The notes under the pieces are model-generated. The model was not told the origin of the DNA. It was given only the letters and a program-made list of their open reading frames with translations, and made no database searches. A program made the position numbers and the translations under genes. From the human T2T-CHM13v2.0 reference genome, Homo sapiens, in NCBI RefSeq assembly GCF_009914755.1, contig NC_060929.1: a DNA stretch of 64,000 nt. One strand, 5' to 3'. This document shows, piece after piece, positions 29,156 to 44,115 of the stretch. Within the stretch, counting starts at the first letter, position 1. Every line of letters begins with the position of its first letter.

Positions 29156-30291
29156 GCTACCTAGCTGGTTGCTGAGTTAAAATACATTAGATTTTAATAT
29201 TTTAAAACAGAAGATGGTTCTTGAAGAGGAGTTCCAAAGTAGCAGCCTAACAGCTACATTTGGCCCACTGACATGTATTCTTTAGCCTGCTCAATCTTAA
29301 AACCCACCAACCTACCAACCAACCAACAAGCAAAACACAAAAACCAAAATAGTAGCCAACATTTTAAAAATTAGCAATTTTATGTTAATAAAATTCCTGA
29401 TTTTTGACTTCTCTTGGAAAAGCTGATGATCTGCATCTATTGCTCTCATTCCCAAATAGCAACCCAAAACCTGATTAATGAAGACCTGGGGTCTGGGAGT
29501 TTATACGTCCCTCAGTGCACCAACCTTCCATCCACATCTACTTTCCTTAGCCAGCAGACATCGAATCTTCCAAATAACCCAGGATTGCCATTCCTTAGTT
29601 CTGGGGCACACTATGCCCAGCTGGACAGTATTAGCTGTCTACCAAGCATATTGGGCCTGAATACGAACTTGCCTTTTCTCCTAGTCACTGCAGAACAGGC
29701 AGTGCTGCTTTGTATTCAGCTCCACGCTTCTTCTAGTACATCTTCCAACGTGTTTATCTCCTTAGGAGCTGTCAAGCCCTTCAGATGAGATAAATGCAGT
29801 ACACAACGCCACACTCCAAACCTATCTCAATTGGTAGTTTCAGAATTCTCTAAACCAACTTCAGCTATGATTATCGTATGCCCTTTCCTTGTAATTTTGA
29901 ACCCTGGACCAGGAAAGCAGCATGTCAACCTGTTAACCTGCTCTTTGGGAGTCATTTTGCCCTCACTTATCACCATCCTGGATACAGGCCTCTTGTCGGG
30001 GAACCCACTGAGAAAGAGGTTTGCTGCCCAATTTATCAACTCCACCCACCTGTGGTCCACTGTGGTGGGTGAAAAGGCTCACAATTGGCACTGAGCTGTA
30101 GTGCTGAGAAAGGGTTTATTCGAAAACACAGTCAGAGTTTATCAGAGGGTTTGGGCTAAAGGGCTGAGTAGAGAAACAGTGAATACTTTGGGCATTAAAA
30201 CATTTAATGCACAATCTCAGAAATTTATAAATGAATAATTAGATCTCATACAAACACCAGCTTTGAAAGCAAGCTAAAACACATAGGTATC

Positions 30292-30741
30292 TGTTTTGGG
30301 TTGAATTGTGTCCCTCTCAAAAAAGATATGTCAAAATCCCAATGCCCCCAATCTCAGAATTTGACCTTATTTGGAGAAAGGATCTTTAAAAAGGTAATCA
30401 AGTTACAATAAGGTCATTAGGGTGGGCCCTAATGGTATCCACATCAAAAGGGGAATCTGAACACAGAGATCACAGGCAGGTAGAATGTCATGTGAAGATG
30501 AAGGCAGAGATTGGAGTGATGCATTTACAAGCCAATGAGCACCAAAGATTGACATCAAACCACCAGAAGCTGGGGGAAAGGCGTGGAACAATTCATCCTC
30601 CCAGCTTTCAGAAGGAATTCACTTTGCCAACACCTTGACCTTGGATTTGTAGCTTCTGCAGATGTGAGACAACAAATTCCTGTTGTTTAATCTGCCCAGT
30701 TTGTGGTACTTCATTAGGGCAGCCCTCGGGAGCTAAGATAA
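30292..30741 (+). mobile_element. MLT1B/C-like MaLR LTR
   Basis: gggttgaattgtgtccc...tgaccttatttgga...ccagtttgtggtacttcattagggcagcc. Confidence 0.8.
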
Positions 30742-31449
30742 TAAAAAAAAATCAGACCTAGATAATTAAAACAAATCAGACCTGAGGAGGACAATCAACA
30801 TAGCTCTCAGCTGGTTTTCTGTGAGTAGTTGTTGCAAACAGAGGTGCCCATATCTGTTCCCCAGGAACCCTGGCAGAGCACAGGCTACTGATGCCTGGGA
30901 AGAACTGAGATGTTGATGAATGACACTCCACACCAAAAGAGGGAGTGACAAGGTCAGAACATCAGGTGGCCAGCCCCACAGGAGTGCCTGGGACTGGGGA
31001 ATCCAGAGGGTCAGCGACTCTCAAAAATGCCCCTATCCCTCCATGCTCTCTTCCCTCGGGTGGCAGGGACTTCACATGAGTCTAGCTTTGCTTCCCACTT
31101 AGCAATAGACATAGCATTGCCATTTGCTGCCACGTCTTCTATCCCAAGAGCCAGAGAGCTCATTTGTGAACATCGGCATTCGGTCTATTTGGTCACTCTG
31201 CATTCCAACACCCCTGTGATGAGCTTTGTACTTTATCGATTCTCAGTACCTTGGTTAAGTGAATGTTTTGTTTGTGTGTTTTTGTCAGGCGCAGGAAGGG
31301 CCAGTTAAAGATCTTCCTAGACTCTGTGTGTGTCTGCTTTTAGAGCCTCCACCTCATGTCCCATCAAATATATTCAAATGCATTTCTTGTCTCAAGTGAA
31401 ACGTAACTTTTGCTATAAAAAACATTTGAAATTATTTTTTTCCATTCCA

Positions 31450-32428
31450 GTTTTAAAAAATGTTTATGGGTACATAGTAGGTGTATATATTTATGGGGTA
31501 CATGAGATGTTTTGAAACAGGCATGCAATGTGAAATAAGCACGTCATAGAGAATGGGGTATCCACCCCCTCAAGCTTTTATCCTTCGAGTTACAAACAAT
31601 CTAATTATACTCTTTAAGTTATTTTAAAATGTGTAATTAAGTTATTATTGACTATAGTCACCTCATTGTACTATCAAATAGTAGGTCTTATTCATTCTTT
31701 CTATTTTTTTTTGTACCCATTAATCATCCCCACCTTCCCTGCAAACTCTCGCTACTGTTTCTAGCCTCTAGTAACTATCCTTCTACTCTCTATGTCCATA
31801 AGTTCAATTGTTTTGATTTTTAGAGCCCTAAAATAAGTTAGAACATGCAATGTTTCCCTTTCTGTGCCTGGCTTATTTCACTTCACATAATGATCTCCAG
31901 TTTATCCACGTTGTTGCAAATGACTGAATCTCATTCATTCCTATGGCTGAATAGTACTCCACCATGCATATGCACCACATTTTCTTTATCTAGTCGTCTG
32001 TTGAGGGACACTTGGGTTGCTTCCAAATCTTAGCTATTGCAAACAGCGCTGCAACAAACATAGGAGTGCAGATATCCCTTTGATAGACTGGTTTCCTTTC
32101 TTTTTGGTATATACCCAGCAGTGGGATTGCTGGATCACGTGATAGCTTAACTTTTACGTTTTTGAGGAACCTCCAAACTGCTCTCCACAGTGGTTAAACT
32201 ATTTACATTCCTACCAACAGTGTACGAGGGTTCCCTTTTCTCCACATCCTCACCAGCATTTGCTTTTGCCGTCTTTTGGATGTAAGCCATTTTAACTGGA
32301 ATAAAAGTTGTATCTCATTATAGTTTTGATTTGCATTTCTCTGATGATCAACGATATTGAGCACCTTTTCATATGCCTGCTTGCCATTAGTATGCCTTCT
32401 TTTGAGAAATGTCTATTGAAATCTTTTG
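31450..32428 (-). mobile_element. L1MA-type LINE 3' end
   Basis: Reverse L1 3'UTR and ORF2 end (gggtacatagtaggtgtatatatttatggggtacatg; ttgatttgcatttctctgatg). Confidence 0.85.
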
Positions 32429-32639
32429 TGAAAGGCTTTATTTTTTTCCTGCGCTTTTGAAGTTATTCACTGAGGGTAACATTTAATTTTGGGGAGGCTC
32501 TGATTTCTCAGCAATTGTCATGCATAGTCTGAAATTCCAACAGAATGAGAAAAGCCAGTCTACAAATAATTTCCAAACACAAAACATTTCTTATGAATAC
32601 TAAGAGCTGTCATATTGCTACACTTTGCAGATATTTGAG

Positions 32640-32840
32640 ATGCAGTATGGCAAAGTGTACATTCAGAGTAGACGCTGTGCTGCCTGCGTTCAAATCCTGG
32701 CTCCGTGGTTTAGTGGTTATGTGACCCTGGACAAATTTCTAAATGTTTCTATGCCTCAGTTTCTTCACTTGTATTAATAAAATGGGGCTAAATAAGTCAT
32801 GGTGAAGATTAAATGTGCTAATACCCATAAAAGTACTTAA
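32640..32840. mobile_element. MIR
   Basis: ttcaaatcctggctcc...tgtgaccctggacaa...gcctcagtttcttcac. Confidence 0.7.
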
Positions 32841-33492
32841 TAGATACATACATAATACATAGTAATAATACATACAAAATGCTTGGTATGTATTTCCTAT
32901 TAATATGTAATTAAATATTGATTTCTGATTTTGCAGGGTCCTTTTGTTTTTATAGATGCAATGCATGAGGTTTTTTTTTTCAGGTCTCAAATGTTGTGCA
33001 GGCCCTTGAAAAATCTGTAGGCCCCAAGCACTGCGCTTATAGTGTTTCATGCATAAAATGAATGAGCTCCCTGAGCTCAAGGAGAGGATAGGTGAAAACT
33101 TAAGGGGCCACAAATCAGTTCCTTCAGCACATTTGGGTACGACTGATTGAACAAGGTTTGCAAAATCAGAGTAGCATGGAAAACAGACTTTTGTCTTCTT
33201 GTCTGATAATAATTTAGTGAACACTTACTTTTTACCAGGCACTACGCTAAGTGTTTGCATGAATTATCTTATTCAATTCTTACAATAATCCTATCTTTCT
33301 CAGTGACAACAGGCTAAGAGAGAATTAGCACTGGCTCAAGGCCACACAATTAGATTGCCAGGGCTGGAAAACCTAGAAAAATTACCACCTATCATTACTA
33401 TTAGTCTAATTACTAGGAGAAATAACATGTTGGTTCATAATTGAGCAAACTGAGGTCCTATAAGGAAAAATCATTTTCCTAAGACTGTTCAA

Positions 33493-33535
33493 TATGCAAT
33501 ACAAGTTTATGCAATACAAGTTTATGCAATACAAG
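33493..33535 (+). repeat. 15-bp tandem repeat (tatgcaatacaagtt) x2.9
   Basis: Perfect copies seen directly. Confidence 0.9.
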
Positions 33536-33646
33536 GCCAGAACTAAGATGGTTTCTCCATGATCTCAGCCAGGACTCTTCCCACTTCCCTTTCTGCCAAG
33601 GATGCACTAGTCAAACATTTATTAAGTACATGGTGGTTATCCATGT

Positions 33647-33690
33647 ATCCATCCATCCATCCATCCATCCATCCATCCATCCATCCATCC
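33647..33690 (+). repeat. (ATCC)11 microsatellite
   Basis: Seen directly. Confidence 0.95.
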
Positions 33691-36036
33691 CTCCAAGGAA
33701 AAAGATGGCATAGGTTTTTACAAAGTATCTGACTAAACCATTGGAGCCATGATTAAAAATCTCATATAATTTTGGCAATTTATTTTAAAGCTCTCATTGG
33801 GGGTACCAGGGGTGTCTCTTGAAGAAGAGGTACCCTTCCATCTATCAAAAAGAAAGAATTATGGAACCCACTGGGCTGCCCTTATTGCCCTGGTTGTCTG
33901 GATGCACTGGGTTAAACTGAAAGCTTCATCAAAATAACCCTATTATTCTCATGTTTATCATGTTGCTCTCTGCTCCCACGTGTGGCTACAACTTCTAGTT
34001 CACCACTTCAATGTCTAGAGCCCTTTTATTGTAAACTGCCTGAAATGCCTTTGGAAAGGAAAACTGTATAAACAAACACACACATCCTGGCTTCTGGAGT
34101 GTCCTGTTTGCCACACATACACATTTGAACCCAGGAAGCCATGCTCTAGGGGCTGTGCCCTTCACTACTAGACTGGCTGCCTCTCACAAGGCATGTCCCT
34201 GAAATGGTGTATCTGGGAAGTAAGGGAGTCACAGTAACTTTGATACCTGGTCTCTGCTTACAATAGAGTTCCCTTCTTTACCCTTTAAGTCCACAAAGTA
34301 GGATGGGCAAAACCAGGATAAGATTCTTGGTAAAACCTGAGATTGGAGGTGAGAGTCAGGTATCTAGAACATAAGCTTAGAGAAAAGGGGCTGGTCACAG
34401 GGGGCAGGAAAGCCTGTCTGGGGCAGCAGGGGAGAGAGCTCCCCTTTCTGATCCCTGCTGGGACAGGGATGAGTGTACCAACCTGGCACGGCTGAGCCCA
34501 CTCTCTCCTCACTGCTTGAGTTGGTGGAGTGCTCTGATAGGGAAAGGAGCTCATGAATGTACTTCCTCTTTCTTCTCACTTAGTTCAGCCCAGAGAAGGC
34601 CATTTTACAGGAGTCTAGAAGGCTGTCAGTTCTTGGGCCTTTTGGATAAGTAACTTTACAGTTTTAGACCATCCAGGGTGATGAAAATGACAAATGCAGA
34701 TGAAAATGACACAGTGCAGACCAAATGATGGCTGGAGCACTATCCTGCTTCAAATGATGTTGGTCTCCAGACAAAATCTAGATAATAAATACTGCCTGCC
34801 AAGAATCACTATGTCACCTCTCTTTAAAAAAAGTATCTGGGCATAGTTAGAATGTCAAAGACATTTCATCATACTCCAGCAAAGTTCATTAGGAGGTTAT
34901 TAGTAAGAGAGCAGATAGAAGAAAGGAAGACCCATTTGATGAATATTTTGATACTGATTTAACTAAAAGCACTTCCAATGACATCTTCTGAATGAGGGCA
35001 TTGGCCCAGCCTTTCTGCTCAGCTCTGTCAAGTGGAAGCTAGAAACTGTCCATGTGTGGTCCATTGACTATGCAATGGCCTACATATGGAATCACAGACC
35101 CAAGTGCTTCTTACATCATGCCAACTTTTTGGTCTCTTGTTCTCCAGTTAAGACAGGTTACTACGCTTCCCATAAACGTGAACACATTAAGAAGAACTCC
35201 TCAGCCAAATCTGTAATTGCAGTCCTCTGAAAAAGCATTAAGATGTTGGCAATTAGTAAATTCTACATGACAAGAATTATTAACAGTTTTGGATGCGGCC
35301 AACACATTTTTGGTAAACAGATTTAATAGGCCAGTCACAATACTCCATTCAGCCTTATTTTGACAACACTGTAATTCACAGAAACCTAGGTTGCAGTGGA
35401 CTAATAAGGCAGGCCAACCAAATGCCGTGATTATACTCTCCCAGGAATAGCAAAAAGAATGTATGGCTTATCACTGATGTGTGTACATACATCTGTGCAT
35501 GAATCAGTAATACACCCATATTTGTATGTAGGTATATTTCTTTGCATGCATATCTTTATCCTTCCTTTCCTTTTTTCTTTTTCTTTTCTGGATCCCATCT
35601 CTCCCACTGGATGGAAGTTCTTACCATCTAGGGACCATATTTTCTGTTTCTTTTTTTTTTTTTAATTTCACCTAGATGCCCAAGAGAACATCCTGTACAG
35701 ATTCAGAAGGTAAATAAACCTAAACTGTGACATAAGCTAATAAAAGGGAGTCTTGGAAATAAGGTTTCATCAAAGCTGCTGTATTTAAATGAGTGTTTTG
35801 CTTTCAAATAGGTATCTTCAGAGATGGTATCTTTGCTTACACAAATTTTAGAATTTTTCTTTCAGAGCAGGTGAAAAGCAATCTGTCACATATTTATCAT
35901 CAAATATTTTTTAAACACAAAGATTTTGATCACATTATTCATTTATCCATCAGGCCCCATTCTAATTGACTTTCTGTGGCATTCTCCTGAATCAGATATT
36001 CTCCATTTTCTCCTGAGTCCTCACAGGAGTTCCTAA

Positions 36037-36346
<310 letters not shown>

Positions 36347-37206
36347 CAGTGGTAGCATTATCATGGAAGCATACGGCTTCTCAAGGAAGCTCGTAAGATA
36401 AAGTCAGCATCCATCTCTAAACTCTGGCCTGTTAATTTTTAAAAAACATGTATTTTCTAGTTATTCTTAGGTTGTTCACTGAACTGCACATAGAGAAGCA
36501 GAGCTGAGGCCCTTGGAGACTTTGGGGCCTTCCACTAATAACTGGGAACATGACAATGCCTGATGAAACCAGATTCCAAAGTGACCCAAAGAAAATTAAA
36601 GCCTGAGAGAGCTTTTCATAACCTTCCAGCTTACTGATTTCCAATTATAGTCAGATAATTAGATCAAATTAATTTTGGGAAAATGCAACATTTATCTGAA
36701 CTTGTGTGTCTGATAATAGATGTTAGAAACCTTGGTCTGGTTTGGACTTGACACATGGTGAATAGATGGATAATTTGAGGGGATTTTTCTCAGTGTCAAG
36801 CGACACTCTTTTGGTTTGGGTTAACTACAGTGATGTGCAGTCAATGTTTTATAAACCACTTTTGGGGTGTGTGGGAGGTCCCTTATCTGCTACCAGTGGT
36901 TTAACAATGGGCCTGGCCAAGCTTCTGATGATTTATTAACTAGTCTTTGTGATCCTGTACTGGGAGTGGGGGGTCTACCTCACCCCTGTCAGATAGTAAG
37001 CTGACCATTGAGCAAGTGGGAGCAAGATCCCCTATGAATGGAAAATAAGTAGTGGACACAGGAAAGGCAGGAGACAGGCCAGGGGTGATGAACACTGGCT
37101 ATTTTGCAATTTTACCTAGGGTCACTTTGGATTGGATAATGAGAAGGAAGGCAGGGGCTGATGAAGCTTGAATAATGCCAGTTTCCCCGCCGAGCCCTGA
37201 GCTCAC

Positions 37207-37417
37207 CTCACTCCAGTTGCCCACTGTCCAGTCCGAGGGGCACAGGATGTCTCTGTTGCAGGAAAGGAGGGTCTTGGGCTTCAGCAGGTGCTGGCAGTCT
37301 GTGGGCGGGAGAGCCTGCTCGTCAGAGACCATGGTCTGGATGCACAGCACGGTTCGCTTCTTCTCCCCGTGGGGCCCGCATGTCGCCGAGCATGCTTCCC
37401 ACTCCCCTGCCCACCAC
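37207..37417 (-). CDS. ADAMTS12: ADAMTS12 coding exon (211 bp; TSR plus start of next TSR): [21 protein letters not shown]...[12 protein letters not shown]
   Basis: Inside ORF 37099..37473(-); acceptor tttgcctgcag|G, donor GAG|gtgagc; phase 2 to 0. Confidence 0.96.
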
Positions 37418-38923
37418 CTGCAGGCAAACATGGATATGTGAGAGAAGATCGCCAACTTACGCATATGTTCCATTCAACCACTGAGAAAGCAGGGGCAGAA
37501 ATGCAGATCACAGGGCTGGGAGGGCCATGGAGACACTCCAACCCACTAGGGGGCGTGCTGCAGACAGGGCCACCGTGTCTTCAATCATAGCTCCGTAGCT
37601 CTGCAGGGCGCCTGGCATGAGCTGTTGCTAAATACGCATGTTTTTGAATGAGAAAAAAATATATATGCATGCCCTCTCTTTTCAGGAAGAAAACTGAGGT
37701 CCAGGGTTCTGCTGTGCAACTTTAAGCAAGTTTAAGCCTCGCTTTCTCATTATTCAATGGGTGTGAAAATATATTTTCTTTATATGAGTGTTGTGTTGTA
37801 CATGAAATGAAAGACCAATTCATGTAATGTGCATAGTACAGAGCCTGACATATAACAAGAACTCAAGCATTTGTTATGATTTATTGTTATTTTGACCATG
37901 CTATTGAATAAAAGAGTCCAATTAGACTCTAGGTCTCCTGGCTCTTAATTGAATGTAAAGTAGCTACTTAAACATAAATTTTTAAATTATTTAGGAGGCG
38001 ATCAATCAGGGATATTGCCTTTATTTTTTTCCCTATCTCCTGCAGTCTACTTGTTAATATTCTCACTGGTCCCTTTGATAAGAAATGAGTAGAAAAAGAA
38101 TAAACATAAATAAAATCGTTTTTTACTCAATAATCTAGGATGTGGGCCCACTGGTTACATAAAAGTAGCTTTTGAAAATGGCAGGGAGCCATCTCTTGTC
38201 CATCTTCTCCATTATTGTGCAAATCTTCCCCAACACCGAAGACAGATTGAGTGTCTTCACCCAGTGTGGTTTGTGTCCATTATTTTTCCTGTGTACAGCC
38301 CGCTTGTCCATCCCTTCATATAGTAACAAGTGGGGCACTTCTATTTTTCATGGGAAAATAGTACACTGGGGGAAGTCCTTCATTCCTGACTTCAGGAAAG
38401 CCTCCTGACTTGAGACAGCATTGAATTTTGGTAATTTTGAAGATAAAACTTTTTACTTTTATTTTTATTTACTAAATATTAGATTTATTTATGTAGAATT
38501 TCTTTTGATTGTGACACTTTTAATCTCAAGTTAAAAATATCAGAAGAAAGCAATTCCTCAATTCAATCATATTCTTCATTTAATAAGTAATTGAGATTAC
38601 TTATTTATTCTTTGGTGTTTAACATCAGTGGATAAAGAGCTAATAATATTGGAACAGTATGATGTGAAACCAAATAAGTGCCCCACTGTATTAATCTAAT
38701 TACTTTGTCCTGCCTCTGACTTTTCTAAAGGAGGGCAGGCCAAGGGAATATATAAAATGCCATTCTGAAAAGGTCTTAATCTGAGTTGGTTGAAAGCCTA
38801 ATTTATCTAAGTACTTGCTACAGGGCTTTCAGCTGTATTACTGCAAAGTGATAATAGACGTTCTTGTTTTCTCTTCTTGGAGTTTTCTCTACAGTCCCTT
38901 AGGGGACATATTGCCTGTGATTT

Positions 38924-39458
38924 TGCTATAGTCTGAATGTGTTCCCCAAAACATATGTGTTAGAAACTTAATCCTCAATATAACAGTGTTGGGAGGTGGG
39001 ATCTGATGGGAGGTGTTTAGATCGTGAGGGCTTTACCATCATGAATGGATTAAGGCCACTTGGAAAAGGATTTGGGAGTGGTTTACTCCCTCTCACTCTT
39101 CTGTATGAGGACATGAACGTTTGTCCTCTGTTGCCCTTCCTCCTTCAGCCTTATGAGGATGCAGCAAGAAGACCCCCGCCAGATCAAATGAACCTCCAAT
39201 CTTGGCCATCCAATCTCCAGAACTGTGAGAAATGTTTATTTTTAAAAGAAATTTATTTTTTATTTTTATAGAGAAAGGGTCTTGCTTTGTCACCCAGGCT
39301 AGTCTCGAACTCCTGCGCTCAAGTAATCCTGCCGCGGCCTCGCAAAGTGCTGGGATTACAGAGTGAGCCACCATACCTGGCCACGAAATAAATTTGTTCT
39401 TTATAAATTACCCAGTCTGTGGTATTCTGGTACAGCCACACAAAATGGACTAAAACAG
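38924..39458 (+). mobile_element. MST-type MaLR LTR interrupted by a minus-strand Alu monomer (~39250-39382)
   Basis: tgctatagtctgaatgtgttcccc...ctccagaactgtgagaaat [FLAM-like] aaattacccagtctgtggtatt...ggactaaaaca. Confidence 0.8.
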
Positions 39459-39688
39459 CTTAGTCTTAGTATCACAAGATTAAAGTGAAAACCATCTTCT
39501 TCTTCCTTTTTTTTTTTTTTTTTCCTGTAAAGGTCTTCCAGGTCCAGGGCTCAGGAGCCATGGTCCAGTTGTTCTCTGCTGCCCATCTCATTCTTTTGGG
39601 TGTTTGCCATAATCCCACCTCTTGTTGGAGATTTCTAAAATACTGTTTTTATATTTATGGAGATTTTATGTTTTATCTAAATGTCTAA

Positions 39689-39719
<31 letters not shown>

Positions 39720-39721
39720 TG
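39689..39721 (+). repeat. (GT)n microsatellite
   Basis: Seen directly, one interruption. Confidence 0.95.
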
Positions 39722-40323
39722 CCTATGTTTGAGATCTTTGAAGAGCCTGTAGTTGTTCCAGAATTCTGTAAAAGTTTACTGTAGTTTGGATATGAGTCCT
39801 CTCTGAGATCAAGTAGAAGGGATGGGTTAGAGACCCTTTGAACCTCTCTTTTATTTTTAAAAGAACCCTTCTTTTATCAGTAGCTTCTACTGATTCCCCT
39901 ATCAGTATATGTTCCAACAGCGCTGATCGCCAACAAACCAGGACACGTCACTCTTTCTAACCTTCATTACTCAGATAAATGAAAGTCCAAAACTGAATTT
40001 GTTAAACCCTTGCTGAGAATAGTAATTTCCTTTAAGAAATCAAATTTTATAATTATCATCTTTCTTTGTACTAATATTTTTCCTAATAGAATTTACATTC
40101 CAAAATCCGATTCAACTAAACATTTCAAATTCTGACAAAACCATGACTACAGTATAAGCACTCTTACCTCCTGGCTCTGTGTACCCATTGTCTCCATATT
40201 CTCATTATATCCCATTCCTCCAGCCTCATTTTCCCTAGCTTTCTTGTCCCCTACACACACCATGCTCAGTCCTTTTCCCTCTTTCATGGGCTTTTCCCAG
40301 TCTCAACGATCTTATTCCTTTCA

Positions 40324-40943
<620 letters not shown>

Positions 40944-41602
40944 ATTTAAGTCATATGTCATTATTTTGTGGACTGAAACCTACATGTAGCTGCCAGAGTT
41001 TAAAAAAATCACTGTCAGAGGTTTATTGAGTACTTTGGATATGCTAGGCACTATCACAGCTGTGGCCTAGCAGAGCTTTGCTTTGCTGAAAACCAAAATT
41101 CAGAGAGAAGTCAGTAGGGAGAAGGGACTCAAATAACCTCTTTCTGGAGTCAGATATATTAAATTTTCAAAGAATTTCTTTCTTGACAGCCTACCCTCTC
41201 CTGGAACATGCTCTACAAGGCTTTCATCCTGAAAGCCATTGGCAATGTAATATATATTTTTTTATGTTTAGATAATCAAAAGTTTTTATTAAATCTTAAA
41301 AAAATCTCTCTCAAATACTCCTTTGGGGAAGAACACAGAATGTTGAAATTGGTTGTAAAAACAAGATATTACTGAAGAAAAATGATCCATAAATAAATAA
41401 GATTAAACCTTGCACAGGAAATTTTTTGGGAAAGGAAATGACAGCTCCCAGTGATGGGTATGAACTTTTTAGAGATCATGGAAATTCGGTGACAGAAGAA
41501 GATATTGCAGCTTGAAATTCATATACAAGGAAACTAGTGAACTAATCTTGCAAAAACAAATAATATTAGTTTATTATTTATTTATTTTTAAAAAAGCAAA
41601 TC

Positions 41603-41815
41603 GCCAGGCACATGGGCTCATGCCTGTAATCCCAGCACTTGGGGAGGCTAAGGCGGGTGGATCACTTGAGGTCAGGAGTTTGAGACCAGCCTGGCCAACA
41701 TGGTGAAACCTAATCTCTAGTAAAAATACAAAAATTAGCCAGATGTGGTGGTGTGCGCCTGTAATCCCAGCTACCCACGAGGCTGGGGCAGGAGAATTGC
41801 TTGGACCTGGAGGCA
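41603..41815 (+). mobile_element. AluS, 3'-truncated (no tail)
   Basis: Left arm plus part of right arm. Confidence 0.88.
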
Positions 41816-42173
41816 TGACTTAGTTTTGGAGTCAAGCATTCATAACATTTTTATTGTGTTTTAATGTGAGAGAAAAAGTTTAAATGTAGGGGATTCTGGT
41901 TCTAGTACTGAAACCTGCTTATCCTGAGATCCTAGGCAGCAGCATGGTGTAGCAGCACATACAGAGGCAGCACAGCAAACAGATCTGGGTTCAAATCCCG
42001 ACTCTACAATTTGTAGCTAAGTGACCTAGGAAAATTTTGGTGAAAGCTTTAGAGTCTTCATTTGTATAATGAGCATAAATGTATCTACAAATTAGGGTTG
42101 CTTACAGGCTTAAATGATATGGTTATGTGGAAACAGCTTGGAAAATAGTGCATTCTTAAAAAGTGCTAGTTTT

Positions 42174-42463
42174 TAACACAGGAACAGAAAACCAAATACC
42201 GTGTCATGTTCTGACTCATAAGTGGGAGTTGAACAATGAGAACACATGGACACAGGGAGGGGAACATCACACACTGGGGCCTGTAGGGAGTTGGGGGGCT
42301 AGGGGTGGGAGAGCATTAGGACAAATACCTAATGCAAGCGGGGCTTAAAACCTAGATGATGGGTTGATAGGTGCAGCAAACCACCATGGCACATGTATAT
42401 CTATGGAACATCCTGCACATTCTGCACATGTATCCCAGAACTTAAAGTAAAATTTAAAAAAAG
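42174..42463 (+). mobile_element. Short L1PA7/8-like 3' end
   Basis: L1 3'UTR; TSD aagtgctagtttt at 42161-42173 and 42464-42476. Confidence 0.88.
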
Positions 42464-42643
42464 AAGTGCTAGTTTTCTCTGCAGCCATTTCCCCTAGGGT
42501 ATGGCATCAAATTTCTCTGAACCTTTATCTCCTCATATACCACCTCAGAGTAATACCCATACCCTGTCTTATGACTATTTCATAAATATTTGTAGAAGCT
42601 AAAATGCAATCATAAATAAAAAGCACTTTTGTAAATTGGCCAT

Positions 42644-42964
42644 TGATATGGCTTGGCTGTGTCCCCACTCAAATCTCAGCTTGAATTGTAGCTCCCATAA
42701 TTCCCACGTGTTGTGGGAGGGACCTGGTGGGAGATAATTGAATCACGGGGGCGGATTGCCCCATACTGTTCTCATGCTAGTGAATAAGTCTCATGAGATT
42801 TGATGGCTTTATTAGGGCAAAACCCTTTCACTTGGCTCTCATTCTCTCTTGTCTGTAGCCACATAAGACATGCCTTTCCCCTTCTGCCACGATTGTGAGG
42901 CCTCCCTAACCACATGTAACTGTGAGTCCATTAAACCTCTTTTTCTTTGTAAGTTATCCAGTCT
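42644..42964 (+). mobile_element. THE1 (B/C-like) LTR, 3' end truncated
   Basis: tgatatggcttggctgtgtcccc...ccattaaacctcttt. Confidence 0.85.
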
Positions 42965-43678
42965 TCATTATATCTGAATGTTTCATGCAGTTCTACTTAG
43001 CTTATTATATCCTACTTGAGAGTGCATTTTCAGAAATTATACCTGTATGTATTATATTGTGCCTAATTAACATTCTCAGCAGTCAAAAATCTCACAGTTC
43101 ATGAACTCTGTGGAGTAGTAGGCAATGGACTAGCTCTAAGAAGGGCTGTCTTCCCTGCCTCATTCTTCCCTGAGAAAGTAACATAACTGCAATTTCAGGT
43201 AAAACCTAGTGCTAGCCTTATCTTCCCTTGTCATTTCTAGTTCTTCCTGGCAAAAGAACCACAGGAAGGAGCTACAGCACGGAGAGGCAATGACACATTT
43301 CTGTCCTGCTTCAATAGTGGTGGGGTCCAGCTCCTACCTAGAAAAAGCCACAGAACAGAAGAGAAAATAAACCTCTCTCTCTGAGCTGAGAATACCCTGG
43401 CCTCTGGGTCCTGCCTGCTTGGACTGCTAAGAGACTGACATCACTTTTTTCAACTGTCTTGTCCTGACTCTTCTTTCTAACCTAGTTCTTGGATATTTAT
43501 CACATTCTAGCTCTTCTTTAGAATCCACCCTGTCACCTGTTTGAGTCTCCCCCTTGTTTAAATGCCTCATAGTGTGTCTGCTTAGAACTGGGATGAATGC
43601 TTGATGGACTCTGCAACATAAATACATCCCTGTTTAAGGTTGCCAGAGAATGAAGACTCTTTCTGGAAATCAACCAAT

Positions 43679-43786
43679 ATTCCTTCCTTTCTTCCTCTTT
43701 CCTCTCCCTTTTTCCCTCCCTCTTTTCTTCTTCTCCTTCTTCCTCCTTTATCTTTTTCCTTTCTTTTTTTTCTCTCTCTTTTTTTT
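43679..43786 (+). repeat. Polypyrimidine low-complexity tract
   Basis: ~108 nt with a single purine. Confidence 0.9.
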
Positions 43787-43889
43787 AAACATAAGCCTGG
43801 CATAATAACATCCCAACTACCTTCTAGGATCCCAATCTCTTGAACCAATGTGATTAGCAACACCCTGAATATTGCTGAATATCTCTATA

Positions 43890-44115
43890 ACAGTGGCTGT
43901 CAACTGAGGATGATTTTACCCCGTAGTGGAAATCTGTCAATGTCTGCAGACATTTTTAGTTGTCATAGCCTGGACTGGGAGGGAGGGAGTTCTACTAGCA
44001 TCTAAGTAAACACAGGCCAGCAATGCTGCTAAGCCTCCTGCAATTCACGGACAGCCCCCCACAACAAAGAGTCAGCCAGCCCCACGTGCCAGTAATGTCA
44101 AGATTGGGAAAACCT
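43890..44115. mobile_element. MER20
   Basis: cagtggctgtcaac...caatgtctgcagacattttt...tactagcatctaagt...aagattgggaaaacctg. Confidence 0.75.

Noticed and set aside
29414-30094. Cluster of ORFs up to 124 aa in non-Alu sequence
   Set aside because: No recognisable domain, overlapping frames on both strands, no exon structure. The phases of flanking ADAMTS12 exons already join without it.
32739-33224. 161-aa minus-strand ORF
   Set aside because: Non-ATG start, runs through AT-rich low-complexity sequence and a MIR.
33493-33690. Short repeats as a CRISPR-like array
   Set aside because: Eukaryotic intron; tandem repeats without unique spacers and no cas genes.
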